This document shows positions 54,882-64,000 of a DNA stretch of 64,000 nt, in pieces. Source of the DNA: Candidatus Iainarchaeum sp. (GTDB taxonomy: Archaea > Iainarchaeota > Iainarchaeia > Iainarchaeales > 1-14-0-10-31-34); NCBI GenBank assembly GCA_017609625.1, contig JAFCDN010000010.1:9153-73152 (forward strand), written 5' to 3'. The notes under the pieces were generated by a model. The model made no database searches, had not been told where the DNA came from, and was given only the letters and a program-made list of their open reading frames with translations. The position numbers and the translations under genes are program-made. The number at the start of each line of letters is the position of its first letter. The stretch's first letter is position 1.

Positions 54882-57698
54882 ATGAAATTGAATATAAAGA
54901 AGCTCGCAGCAGTTGCAGCAGGAGTAGCCTTAGTTGGTTCAGCTCTAGCTCCAATGGCTTCAGCTATCTCTTTGACAAAGTCAGACTTAATGTCTAGCAC
55001 TGCAGTCAATGTAGATGTTGTTGTTGGAAAAAAAGCAGCTGTAAGCGACGGTGTATGGGCAGGAAACATTGCAGCAGCAATTGGATCTAAAGCCTATGCA
55101 GAAAAAACAGTTGCAGTTGGTGCAGCAGACTGTTCTGGTGGAGCAACTCCTTCAGTAACTGACTTGACTGTTGACTTAAGTGTCGGCGGAACCACAAGTG
55201 TTACAGGAGGAAAAGCTTTCTTTGACTATATGGATTCAACAGCTACTGAAACAAACTTTAATAGTCAGACTGTAACAGAAGCAAGTGTTCCTTCATTGTA
55301 TTACAATGGTGCAAAATCATATACCTGGAATGGATCACAATATACAACTTCAATCCAAGAAAGACTTTACTTTACATCAGACGTAAAGTTTGACAGAGAA
55401 GACAATGACGACTTGATTGCAGAAATATCAGCAAATGGCCTAAAATATAATTTGAATTTAGGAACAGGAGTTCCAGCAGTAGAAGCATTAGGAGGGACAA
55501 CAACTTTTACAGATGACGCAAACGATAATGTAAGAATTCCTTTCTTTGGAACAGACTATTTGTTGAAAACAAGCACACCTACAGCAGGAAGCGAATATGT
55601 TGAATTAATCCAAACATCAGGAGAAACAAGATATTCAGAAGGAGACAGAATAACTGACTTAGAAGGATATGACGGAGAATCATATTACATTGAAGTAGGA
55701 CCCGGAGGGACTGTTGGCTCAACACAAAAGATACAACTTTCTTTGTATAAAGAAGATGGAACTTTAGTGAAAAGCGACAACTTTGGAACAGTAGATGTAA
55801 TATTCTATGGAGATGACACAGGAGAACCAATTTTAAGCACTCTTGTAAACATCAGTGAAATCCTGAAAACAGTTGTTTCAGACGCTGAAGTATACACTCC
55901 AACAATTCTTGTAGGAAGCTCAAGAATAAGGTTATACCATAACAAAGGATATCCTTATGACGCTACAATAGTAGATGCTGACTATGACTGGAAAGTAACT
56001 TTAGGGTTTTCATCAGACAAAAACTACTTGCAGGACATTAACATCAGCAATAAGTCAAAGTATGACTTTATTGGTTTTGATGCCTTAAAGGTAGGAGATA
56101 AAGCAGCATTTCCAGAAGGTCTTGGAACTTTAGAATTCCTTGGACTGCAATTACCAGACTTTACAGGAGTTTCAAAAACAGAGAGAACAACTGTAATTGA
56201 AATAAAAGCCGGAGAACTCTTATACAGAGACAACACATATGAAGCACAACACACTGTTCCTTTGTATATATATGAGTCAGGAATATCTAATAGTGATGGA
56301 TCAGGTTCTTTTGTTGTTGATGGAAAAACCATTTCCTATGCATTTAGCGGAACAGATTTAAATGTGTTTGGAACTAGTGCTGCAGACGGTTCAGGAACAA
56401 GATATTCTTGTATTGGTGACGCAAACTACCTTAACGGAGAACCAGTATCAATAACAGACATAAACTACACTCAAATGGATGGTGCATTACCAAGAGCAAA
56501 CAACGCAATAGTCGCTGGAACTGATGTAAACGTTGGACAGCATGTTGACATTAACGGAATGAACTATAAAATGACCGGAGTTAGTGACAGCAACACTTGC
56601 ATATATTTACAAGCCGATGGAAATGTTACTTTCAGAAAAGGAACTACTACAGGAACATTAATACAGGAAATATACTATGCAGATAACAACTACAGTACAG
56701 GTGACATAATAACCCTTGCAGGTGCAAGCGACATAACCCACAAATATGAGGTTATTGTTGAAGAAGGAAGTTCTACTTCAGAACTATGGTTATTACTTGA
56801 TGCACAAAGCAAAACCACACAATATGGCAAAACTTGGTCTCTTACAGGAACAGACGTACAAGAAGATGTTAGTTTTGATGACTATGGATTCTATTTGCCA
56901 CACACATCAAAAATGCCTTTGTATTTAGATGGAGACACAAACTACAATCAAACAGAATACTTCACAGCAAACTTTGAAATTGACGAAGACGAAGACGGAG
57001 CACCAGTCTATGACATAAATGCTCATGTTGACACAGGAACAGGAAATTTGATGATATTTCCAAACACTCAATTAAGCAGTTCTGGTGTCGGAGCAGAAGC
57101 AGACTATAATGGATTGAAGCAATTGAGTGAAAGCTCAGATGCATCAGTTCCTTCTTGGGCATACACTGATTGGGGTTCAAAGATTGTGGTGTTAAACCAT
57201 GAATTCAAAGTTACAATACCAGAAAACAGACCTAAAGCAGAAGTATTGATTTCTGGAACAGGAACAAGCAAAACAGTTACTGGCGGAGAAGATTTGACAA
57301 TAGCTGAAGGAGAAACAGGAAGCACTACAGGCGGAACAAGAGTTACTGTGACAAAAGTCAACTATAACGCAACATGTGAAGGTGGAATAGGAACAGGAAC
57401 AGGAGAATGTACTGTAACTCCAACAACCTATATGTCACCATTGGCAGTAGGCCAACTTGTAACATATGATGAATCACCGTCATCAGCAACACATATTATT
57501 GTTGGTGGATGGAAAGTCAACAAGTTAGCTGAAGGTGTTACTCTTGCAGACGGAACTCCATTGAAGTCAGCATTGACTAAATCAGGAGACTCTGTTGCTG
57601 AGAGAACAAGCGATGGAGACATAATTGTTGCAGGATACAAGGCAGGCGACACAGGAACCGCTGCACAAGAATTAATCAATGCAATTGACAATCTGTAA
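54882..57698 (+). CDS. Large secreted T/G/D-rich surface-layer-like protein (putative S-layer/surface glycoprotein)
   Basis: Signal peptide MKLNIKKLAAVAAGVALVGSALAPMASA, 938 aa, low Cys, rich in T/G/S/D/N/Y, many N-x-S/T sequons, a strong RBS (tgtgaggtga), a terminator hairpin downstream, and less AT-biased codon usage than its neighbours. Confidence 0.55.
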   Translation: MKLNIKKLAAVAAGVALVGSALAPMASAISLTKSDLMSSTAVNVDVVVGKKAAVSDGVWAGNIAAAIGSKAYAEKTVAVGAADCSGGATPSVTDLTVDLSVGGTTSVTGGKAFFDYMDSTATETNFNSQTVTEASVPSLYYNGAKSYTWNGSQYTTSIQERLYFTSDVKFDREDNDDLIAEISANGLKYNLNLGTGVPAVEALGGTTTFTDDANDNVRIPFFGTDYLLKTSTPTAGSEYVELIQTSGETRYSEGDRITDLEGYDGESYYIEVGPGGTVGSTQKIQLSLYKEDGTLVKSDNFGTVDVIFYGDDTGEPILSTLVNISEILKTVVSDAEVYTPTILVGSSRIRLYHNKGYPYDATIVDADYDWKVTLGFSSDKNYLQDINISNKSKYDFIGFDALKVGDKAAFPEGLGTLEFLGLQLPDFTGVSKTERTTVIEIKAGELLYRDNTYEAQHTVPLYIYESGISNSDGSGSFVVDGKTISYAFSGTDLNVFGTSAADGSGTRYSCIGDANYLNGEPVSITDINYTQMDGALPRANNAIVAGTDVNVGQHVDINGMNYKMTGVSDSNTCIYLQADGNVTFRKGTTTGTLIQEIYYADNNYSTGDIITLAGASDITHKYEVIVEEGSSTSELWLLLDAQSKTTQYGKTWSLTGTDVQEDVSFDDYGFYLPHTSKMPLYLDGDTNYNQTEYFTANFEIDEDEDGAPVYDINAHVDTGTGNLMIFPNTQLSSSGVGAEADYNGLKQLSESSDASVPSWAYTDWGSKIVVLNHEFKVTIPENRPKAEVLISGTGTSKTVTGGEDLTIAEGETGSTTGGTRVTVTKVNYNATCEGGIGTGTGECTVTPTTYMSPLAVGQLVTYDESPSSATHIIVGGWKVNKLAEGVTLADGTPLKSALTKSGDSVAERTSDGDIIVAGYKAGDTGTAAQELINAIDNL

Positions 57699-57707
57699 AT
57701 ACAAATA

Positions 57708-57745
57708 AGTAGGTTTATCCTACTTTTCTTTTTCTTTTTTTTTTA
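57708..57745 (+). terminator. Hairpin GTAGG-tttatc-CCTAC followed by a long T-tract
   Basis: Read directly, 10 nt after the stop of the S-layer-like gene. Confidence 0.5.
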
Positions 57746-57792
57746 TTTTAGAGTTTTTTCCTTTTTAATTATAAGTTTATTTTAAATTTCTT

Positions 57793-58434
57793 TTGTGTGG
57801 TTTTATTCTTATGGAAAGAAACAATTTGATTGCATACTCGCTTATTATTTTAATTTTTATTTTAGCAGGAGTTTATTTATTTTATCCAGAAGAACAGAAA
57901 TTCATTTACTCTGAAGAAATTAATGGAGTAATTTTTTCTTCTAATTCTTTTTCTTCTCCGCAAAAATATTTTTCTGAAACAGTTAAAGAGAGAAGCAGTT
58001 TTATTGTTGTTTCAGAAGTTTTTGAGGATGAATCAAACCTGCCTGAAGCTGCAAGTCATCTGGCTTTAACTTTAGGAGTTTTTTCTGCAGTAGGAAAATC
58101 AGTTTCTTCTGTTATTCTGGTTATGAATGAAGAAGGGGAAACAGATTACTGCCAGACAAATTTTGGGGACACTTCAAAAAATGAGAAAATAACTGCAAGA
58201 CAGTGTGAAAATTTATTGGAAAACTCAACTGACTTCAAGTTTATAGTTAAATTACCGGCAGATGAAAAGCTTCAGAAGCCTGTTGTAGAAATGTACAATA
58301 ATTCTGTTGTATTAAGGCCAAGGGCAAAAGAAGAAGGTCTGCCAATGCTGCAGCAGGTTTTAACTGCAATGTATCACAATTCACAGGAAATTGTTGATAA
58401 AATTAATGAGCTTTTGCATTCTGTTACCGGCTGA
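57793..58434 (+). CDS. Membrane-anchored hypothetical protein
   Basis: N-terminal TM LIAYSLIILIFILAGVYLF, then a soluble domain. The likely start is MERNN at 57811. Confidence 0.3.
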   Translation: MCGFILMERNNLIAYSLIILIFILAGVYLFYPEEQKFIYSEEINGVIFSSNSFSSPQKYFSETVKERSSFIVVSEVFEDESNLPEAASHLALTLGVFSAVGKSVSSVILVMNEEGETDYCQTNFGDTSKNEKITARQCENLLENSTDFKFIVKLPADEKLQKPVVEMYNNSVVLRPRAKEEGLPMLQQVLTAMYHNSQEIVDKINELLHSVTG

Positions 58435-58439
58435 CTCTT

Positions 58440-59417
58440 ATGAAAAATTTAATAAAAAAATCAGTTTTTTCCCTGATTTTTTTTATTGTAGTAATTACAG
58501 TTATACTGTTTTGGACTAATGCACATATTGAATTGCTTCAAATCAACTGGCTTTTTTTTGCTGCAGCTTGTTTTTTCTTTTTGTTTTCTGTTTTTATCTG
58601 GCTTGTTTCATGGGCGTTTCTTATAAGAAAGCGTTCAAGTGTAAGCTATTCCAACTTGTTTATTGTGGGTTTCAGCTCTTTGTATGGAGCCTTAACTCCA
58701 GTTCAGTTTGGTGCAGAAGCACTGCGTTTAATGAAACTAAAAAGTTTTTTTAAAATCCCTTATAATGAATCAATTTCCTCTTCAATGATAGCCAAAGGCA
58801 CTAAATTTCTGATTTTAGGGATTCTTTTCCTTTTTATTCTGATTTTTTTTATTTCTAAAGCAGAACTTGATTCAAGCACTTTTTTTGCTTTGCTTAGCGG
58901 TTTTTTTGTAATAGCTCTTGCAGCACTTTTTTTTGTTTTTCCTTTGAGCAGAAGGCTTACAGGAAAAGTTATTTCTTTTTTTGGTTTTCTTTCAAAAAAC
59001 ATTTCTCTTTTTGCTCATTTGGAAAAATTTTTCATTTCTTACTCTAAAAAGCTAAGACAATTAACTTTCAAGTCTTTTATTATAGTTTTGTTTATTTCAA
59101 TTCTTTCTTATGTTTTTGAATTCCTTGCATTTCAGTTCAGTTTTTTTTCTGTTAAAATACAACTGGATTTTGTTCCATTGCTTGTTTTATTTATAGTAAT
59201 TTCTGTTTTAGAGAGAACCCCTTTTCTTCCCCGCGGAATTGGTTTGGTTGAATTTGCAGGCCTAACTTTGCTTTCAATTCCCTGGTTTGTTAATGAAACC
59301 CTTTCACTTCCAGAGATTGGGGCGGTATTGATTGTGTTTAATTTTGTAAGATTAATTTTTCCTACAATTTTCAGCCTGCTGATTGCAGGAATATTCAAAA
59401 TAGAAATCAAAGAGTAA
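58440..59417 (+). CDS. Polytopic membrane protein, UPF0104/flippase-like (LPG-synthase TM-type)
   Basis: About 8 TM helices. Resembles the family commonly found in archaeal glycosylation loci. Tentative. Confidence 0.4.
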   Translation: MKNLIKKSVFSLIFFIVVITVILFWTNAHIELLQINWLFFAAACFFFLFSVFIWLVSWAFLIRKRSSVSYSNLFIVGFSSLYGALTPVQFGAEALRLMKLKSFFKIPYNESISSSMIAKGTKFLILGILFLFILIFFISKAELDSSTFFALLSGFFVIALAALFFVFPLSRRLTGKVISFFGFLSKNISLFAHLEKFFISYSKKLRQLTFKSFIIVLFISILSYVFEFLAFQFSFFSVKIQLDFVPLLVLFIVISVLERTPFLPRGIGLVEFAGLTLLSIPWFVNETLSLPEIGAVLIVFNFVRLIFPTIFSLLIAGIFKIEIKE

Positions 59418-60363
59418 TTTTCCCAAAAACAAAAAGCCAGAAGAAACAGTTGACTGTAACTATTAACCAGATTATTAAAACAATATTTCTTTCTTTAAGC
59501 TGGCCAAAAATTTTTATTAAGAGCTTTGCAAAATCATACCTTGTTTTTCCTGTATAATCAGGAATCCCGAGCTTTTTATTCTCCAAAATTTTGTATGGTT
59601 TGATTTTTGTTTGAGTAGGGTCTTTTGGGTTTGTAAGCATTTTAAGAAACAAGAAATCAATTAAATGAGGCAGATAAAAGAAAGCCAAAACAATTAAGAG
59701 TTCTTTCTGCATTGTTAATGCAATCAATCCTGTTATTGTGCTTCCCATAAACAATGTTCCGGAATCTCCTGGAAAAACCCTTGCAGGGAAAATATTAAAC
59801 ACGAGCAGACCTAAAATTAAAGCCAAAATAATCGCTGCATAAAGAAAAAATCCTGTTCCAATCAGCAAAAAAGCAGTAAATAATGCAATAATGTAGCTTG
59901 AGCCAACCTCCCAGCCGTTTAACCCTGCAAAACTGTTATGAAAGGAAGAAAACACTCCGACAAAAAACCCAAGCAAAACTGCATTTACAATATTTCCTGA
60001 AACCAGAAAACCAAAAACAAAAGAAGCAATTATTACCGGAAAAGCACGTTCTTTCCAGCTCAATCCTTTTTTCTTCCACTTGCTTGTTGTATCGTCTACA
60101 AAACCCACTAAAGAAAAAACACTAACCAATCCAAGCCAGTAAAAAATTTCTATTCTGAATTCATTCAGAAAACTAACTGCAGAAACAAAAATCCACAAAA
60201 GCACAAGCAAAACAATTCCTGTGGCTTCAGGAGTTTTATTCTGCTCTTTTTTGTTAATGTCAATCCCTAAAGCAAAATTTTTTTTCCTGCTGAATCTGTC
60301 AAACAAGTAAACTCCTGTTCCTGAAAAAACCAGGGCAAAAAAAAAATAAATAATTTCTTCCAT
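59407..60363 (-). CDS. Polyprenyl-phosphate N-acetylhexosamine-1-phosphate transferase (GT4 MraY/WecA/AglH family)
   Basis: Multi-TM, DD-like FVDDTTSKW, and NSFAGLNGWEVGSS (family N-x-x-N/DGL-x-G motif). Confidence 0.55.
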   Translation of the reverse strand: MEEIIYFFFALVFSGTGVYLFDRFSRKKNFALGIDINKKEQNKTPEATGIVLLVLLWIFVSAVSFLNEFRIEIFYWLGLVSVFSLVGFVDDTTSKWKKKGLSWKERAFPVIIASFVFGFLVSGNIVNAVLLGFFVGVFSSFHNSFAGLNGWEVGSSYIIALFTAFLLIGTGFFLYAAIILALILGLLVFNIFPARVFPGDSGTLFMGSTITGLIALTMQKELLIVLAFFYLPHLIDFLFLKMLTNPKDPTQTKIKPYKILENKKLGIPDYTGKTRYDFAKLLIKIFGQLKERNIVLIIWLIVTVNCFFWLFVFGKITL

Positions 60364-60364
60364 A

Positions 60365-61603
60365 TTATTCCTTCATTATTTCTCTTAAAACTGTAGTAGC
60401 ATAATTGCCTTTTGGTAAATAAAAGCTTATCTTTGCTTTTAATTTTCCTTCTTCAAATTCATCTTTACTTATTTCTTCAAGTTTTATTTTTTCAGGAAAC
60501 AATACGATCTCTTTTCTTGAGCCTTTGGAAGACATTTCTTTTATTTCTTTGACATAAAACTCTTTTAATTCAATTCCTTCTTCTTCTAAAGCACTTTTTT
60601 CAATTTTGCCGGCTTTCCCTTCTGTAAAAATTGTTTCAAACCCGATTAATGGTGCAGAAGGCAGGCCGTTAACTAAAACCTCTTCTTTTGTTTTCTCCAA
60701 TCCAATTCCATGTTTTATCCTTTCTTTAATTATTTTATTGAACAAGAAACTCTGATAAGCATGAACAAACATATATCTTAAAGCTTTTGGAAGCACTCTG
60801 AAAGCCCCTACAAAATCTTCGGGTTTTCTGTTTAAGCTGTCAATTATTGCTCTTTCATACCTGAATTTTAAAGGAAACTCTTTCAATGCCTGTTTAAAAT
60901 CTCTTGTTTTTTTCAGATTGTTTCTTGCATTTCTGATTTCTTCTTCTTCCAGTGAATTTGTTTCAGTCAAATAAATCATAACTGCTTTTTCAGGGTTTGC
61001 TTTAACAAATTCTCTTCCAACTAAATGAGTTACCTTTCTAATGCCCCCAAACCTTTGTTCGCCGAAATAATTTGGAATCCCTTTTTTCATTTCTTTAAAA
61101 CAATTTTCTATTCTTTTTTTTGTTTCTTTTTTTTCAAGTTCAATTTTTCTTATGGTTATTTCAAATTTGTTTCCTTTTAGCATGCCAATCCTTAGTTTTT
61201 CTTTTTTCCATTCCGGCTTTTCTAATTTTACGAATTTGCTTTTGAATTCTTTCAGCCTTTCCACATCTGGCTTGAAAAAACAGATTTTTTGCGAGGTTAT
61301 TGCTCTTTTGTCTTTCACTCCTGCATAAGAAACCCTTTTCTTTGAAACCATATTAAATCTTGCAATTCTTCTTATTGCTTCATTTACATCCAAATTGAAT
61401 TTTTGCATTTCCATATGCAAAAATTTGCATTCATTTTTGTTTTCCGGAATTTCCAAAGCATTGTGTTTTTCCAGTGAATCTTCATCCAGCCATAATTCAC
61501 ATTCTTTTCCTTCTTCACTTATTTCCATAACCTTGAAGTCTTTTATTCTTTCTTTTATTCTTCCTTTAACTCCTTTTGTTTTAGTGTAAAAATCAGCCTG
61601 CAT
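60365..61603 (-). CDS. truD: tRNA pseudouridine(13) synthase TruD
   Basis: YAGVKDKRAITSQKICF (catalytic Asp block) and IPNYFGEQRFG. Confidence 0.85.
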   Translation of the reverse strand: MQADFYTKTKGVKGRIKERIKDFKVMEISEEGKECELWLDEDSLEKHNALEIPENKNECKFLHMEMQKFNLDVNEAIRRIARFNMVSKKRVSYAGVKDKRAITSQKICFFKPDVERLKEFKSKFVKLEKPEWKKEKLRIGMLKGNKFEITIRKIELEKKETKKRIENCFKEMKKGIPNYFGEQRFGGIRKVTHLVGREFVKANPEKAVMIYLTETNSLEEEEIRNARNNLKKTRDFKQALKEFPLKFRYERAIIDSLNRKPEDFVGAFRVLPKALRYMFVHAYQSFLFNKIIKERIKHGIGLEKTKEEVLVNGLPSAPLIGFETIFTEGKAGKIEKSALEEEGIELKEFYVKEIKEMSSKGSRKEIVLFPEKIKLEEISKDEFEEGKLKAKISFYLPKGNYATTVLREIMKE

Positions 61604-61622
61604 AAAGATAACCCTTTAGAAA

Positions 61623-64000
61623 TTATTTGTATCTAAGGAAAGCCGCCATTCCGCCGAACCCTTTTAGAAACTGTTCTCCTTCGCTGGTTTCTGTTGAAAT
61701 TATTTTAACTTCTGCGCCGCTGTTTTTTGCTTTTTCTTCCATGAATTCAGCAAACTCTAAATCCTCTAATTCTTCAATTTTTGTTGAACTGCATTTGCTG
61801 CATTTCAGTTTAGGCTTTTCTTTTTTTACAATTATTTCTTCTATGTTTCCGCAGGAAGTGCATTCAAATCTTATTGCAGTCCATTCAATTCCTTCTGAAA
61901 GCAAAATTGTTTCTGCTTTTCCAACCTCTAAAGCTTGCATTACTTCTGTTTCTCCATAAGTTACTAATCCCTCTTTTACTATTTCTTCCATAAATCTATT
62001 AAGCAAAGCTCTTTCTTTCATTAAAGCAGTGTCTTTCAGCAGCTGCTCTGATTTCTGAATCATTTCCCTTATTCCTGATTCATCAGTATAAGAAGTGTCT
62101 AAAGTCCCGATGATTTTTTCTTTTAGCCTGTAATCAAGTTCATCTTTTTCAAGAAATTTGTTTTTTGTTATTCCAGGGCCGCCAATTATTACTCCTTTTA
62201 ATTTCTCTCCATATTCTTTGAAGGTTGAATTAATTTTTTCGCTTGTTCTTTTGAAAAAATCCTGTGTTGCTTCTTCTCTTAATCTTTCAAATCTGTGTGC
62301 GCTGTTATGGACTATTAATCCATTTGCGATAAAATTCTGATTTGAAACACTAATGTCCACTAGTTTTGCTTTTTTATTTACTTTTTCTATTTTGTGGATT
62401 TTTACTGGAATTAAAGGGATTTGCATTATTTTTTCCAGTTTTTCTTTCAACTTTTTATCTTTTACATGTGAAACTATTGAATTTGCAAAAACACTTTTGC
62501 TCATTTTTCTTTCATCTCTGAAAAAATTGTTTACTTTAGGAAATAATTCAAGATTGTATCCTTGTTTTTCAATCATTTTTCTGATTTTTTTTCCTGAAAC
62601 AAACATTTGTCTTACATTGCTTCTAATTTGCTTTCGATTTTTAATTAGTTTTTCCAGCTTTTCTTGTTTTGTTTTCAGGCTAAAACCAATCAGTTTTGAA
62701 AATAATTTTAGTGATTCATTATCTGATATGTCCACTGTATGCCTTGGATTGTCTGAATAAAAATTTCTTCTGTTGTCATATTTATGAAGTGAAGAGATAA
62801 TTCCAAACCTTAGTAATGAAAGGTGAAGTTGTTCAGCCATTTTTTTGTTGTTGATTCCTAATCCAATTCCTCTTTTGTCTGTTGCATATCCTTCTGCATC
62901 ATAAAACCCTTTAATAAAAGCAGCTAGAACATCATTTTTTGATTTCAGTATTTTTAATGGTATTTCGCTGTCTCTTGCTTTTTTTATTTCAGGAAAGTTT
63001 TTTTCAATGAATTTAACAATTGGCTTTCCATAAATTCTTATTTGATGATAACCTTTATTTTCTCTGAATTTTATTACATTATTTGCATTGAAAAAATTAG
63101 AGGTTTTGTTTTTATAGTATTCTGTAAGTTCTTTGCTTTGTTCAGAAAAACTTATTCTTTCTTTTTCAAAACTTCCGTCGCCAGCAAAATAGCCAATTAT
63201 TTTAGCCAGATCTTTTGTTAATTTTTTTGGCATAAATAATTCAGAATTAGCCTTTGTTTTAGTTTTGATAAAATTTTCAAAATTAATATTTAATTCTCTG
63301 CATAGTTTCTTAAGCAAATTTTTTCTTACATTTCTTTTTCCTAATTCAATTACTGAAACCCCTGTTTTGGTTATCCCTAATTTTTTTCCCAGTTTTTTCT
63401 GTGAAAACCCTGCTTTTTTTCTTGCATCAATCAAAGTATTTTTTCCTTTCTTTGTAATATTGTATGAATTAAAGCAGTCAAATGATTCAATGGTTTGTAT
63501 TTTTCCTTTAATTTCCAGTTTTTCAGGCATTAATAATTGGTCTCCGACTTTTAGTTCTTCAGCAGCTTTTTCTTCTATTTCTTCTTCTGCAGTAAAAAAC
63601 AAATGGTCTTTTGAAGAAACAATTTCTGTTCTTGGATTTTTTGTAATTATTTTATAAAAGCTTTTTTTTGTTTCCCATTTATCTTTTATGTCTGAATCAT
63701 CAAAAGAATAATCTTCAAAGTTTATGCTTTTTACTTTAAGAGGGTTGTGTGTTTCTTTGATTGGAATAATTGAACCGTCATTTAACTGTATTAATGTTTC
63801 TGGATGCAGGCATTGCCCTCCTGCACGCGTTTTCCCTGCAACATTGGAAGTAAAATGCCCTACAATTTCATAGCTTTTTCCTTTCAATAATGCAACTGTT
63901 GCTTCTCTTTTATCCAGCACAATTAAGGCATAAATTTCTTTTGTTTCCTGCATTTCATTTAATGGATCTAAATGAAAAGTTGAATCACACCAGTATAATT
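61623..64000 (-). CDS. prf1: Peptide chain release factor aRF1, 5'-truncated by the window edge and interrupted by an intein at the GGQ motif
   Basis: The frame stays open upstream of the annotated Met to the window end (...YYWCDSTFHLDPLNEMQETKEIYALIVLD). The exteins join as ...KTRAGGQ|SAHRFERLREE, the eRF1 GGQ signature. Domain 3 carries a mini Zn-ribbon CTSCG...CSKCS. Confidence 0.8.
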   Translation of the reverse strand, partial: LYWCDSTFHLDPLNEMQETKEIYALIVLDKREATVALLKGKSYEIVGHFTSNVAGKTRAGGQCLHPETLIQLNDGSIIPIKETHNPLKVKSINFEDYSFDDSDIKDKWETKKSFYKIITKNPRTEIVSSKDHLFFTAEEEIEEKAAEELKVGDQLLMPEKLEIKGKIQTIESFDCFNSYNITKKGKNTLIDARKKAGFSQKKLGKKLGITKTGVSVIELGKRNVRKNLLKKLCRELNINFENFIKTKTKANSELFMPKKLTKDLAKIIGYFAGDGSFEKERISFSEQSKELTEYYKNKTSNFFNANNVIKFRENKGYHQIRIYGKPIVKFIEKNFPEIKKARDSEIPLKILKSKNDVLAAFIKGFYDAEGYATDKRGIGLGINNKKMAEQLHLSLLRFGIISSLHKYDNRRNFYSDNPRHTVDISDNESLKLFSKLIGFSLKTKQEKLEKLIKNRKQIRSNVRQMFVSGKKIRKMIEKQGYNLELFPKVNNFFRDERKMSKSVFANSIVSHVKDKKLKEKLEKIMQIPLIPVKIHKIEKVNKKAKLVDISVSNQNFIANGLIVHNSAHRFERLREEATQDFFKRTSEKINSTFKEYGEKLKGVIIGGPGITKNKFLEKDELDYRLKEKIIGTLDTSYTDESGIREMIQKSEQLLKDTALMKERALLNRFMEEIVKEGLVTYGETEVMQALEVGKAETILLSEGIEWTAIRFECTSCGNIEEIIVKKEKPKLKCSKCSSTKIEELEDLEFAEFMEEKAKNSGAEVKIISTETSEGEQFLKGFGGMAAFLRYK
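62304..63812 (-). mobile_element. Intein (503 aa) with a LAGLIDADG homing endonuclease domain and an internal HTH
   Basis: Block A CLHPETLIQLNDGSII, block B SSKDHLFFT, LAGLIDADG motifs IIGYFAGDGSF and LAAFIKGFYDAEGYA, terminal LIVHN|S, and HTH GFSQKKLGKKLGITKTGVSVIELG. Confidence 0.8.

Noticed and set aside
54854-55069. 71-aa minus-strand ORF at the start of the S-layer-like gene
   Set aside because: It is Ala/Thr-rich antisense to the signal-peptide region, with no independent support.
1-64000. tRNA, rRNA, RNase P or SRP RNA genes in intergenic spacers
   Set aside because: None of the intergenic spacers of 60-250 bp shows the GC-rich cloverleaf-sized islands expected for tRNAs in an AT-rich genome. 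No rRNA-like conserved blocks were seen. This is a by-eye judgement, so a covariance-model scan could still find small RNAs.

Overview
This is an AT-rich, gene-dense window from a small-genome archaeon; a DPANN-like lineage is an inference only. The reasons are archaeal Orc1/Cdc6, PriS/PriL, GINS, two PCNAs, RFC-large, aIF2-alpha, eS27, RpoL, Csl4, LonB, archaeal-type PheST, TruD and aRF1. The ORF track uses ATG/GTG/TTG starts, and most genes overlap or abut, which suggests operons. Most of the window is core information processing and membrane transport. Things that stand out: (1) the release factor aRF1 is interrupted exactly at its catalytic GGQ motif by a 503-aa LAGLIDADG intein. (2) a redox/membrane locus (34.1-43.8 kb) contains a CcdA/DsbD-like protein, two NapH/MauN-like CGWICP polyferredoxin paralogs whose last ~85 nt are almost identical, a 2-hydroxyacyl-CoA-dehydratase-like/activase pair and a giant cysteine-rich surface protein built of about six ~90-aa slime-mold-type repeats. 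(3) an array of 3.6 tandem 40-bp units, each a perfect 9-bp hairpin, sits between the signal peptidase and PCNA-1 genes. (4) a cluster of four pilin-like ORFs includes one with no canonical start codon. (5) there is an ORB-like palindrome upstream of orc1/cdc6. (6) there are two divergent PCNA paralogs. (7) a short remnant of a membrane-protein C-terminus sits about 2.4 kb away from its intact relative. No rRNA, tRNA, CRISPR array or classical defence genes were recognisable by eye. All homology calls are from memory of family motifs, not database searches.
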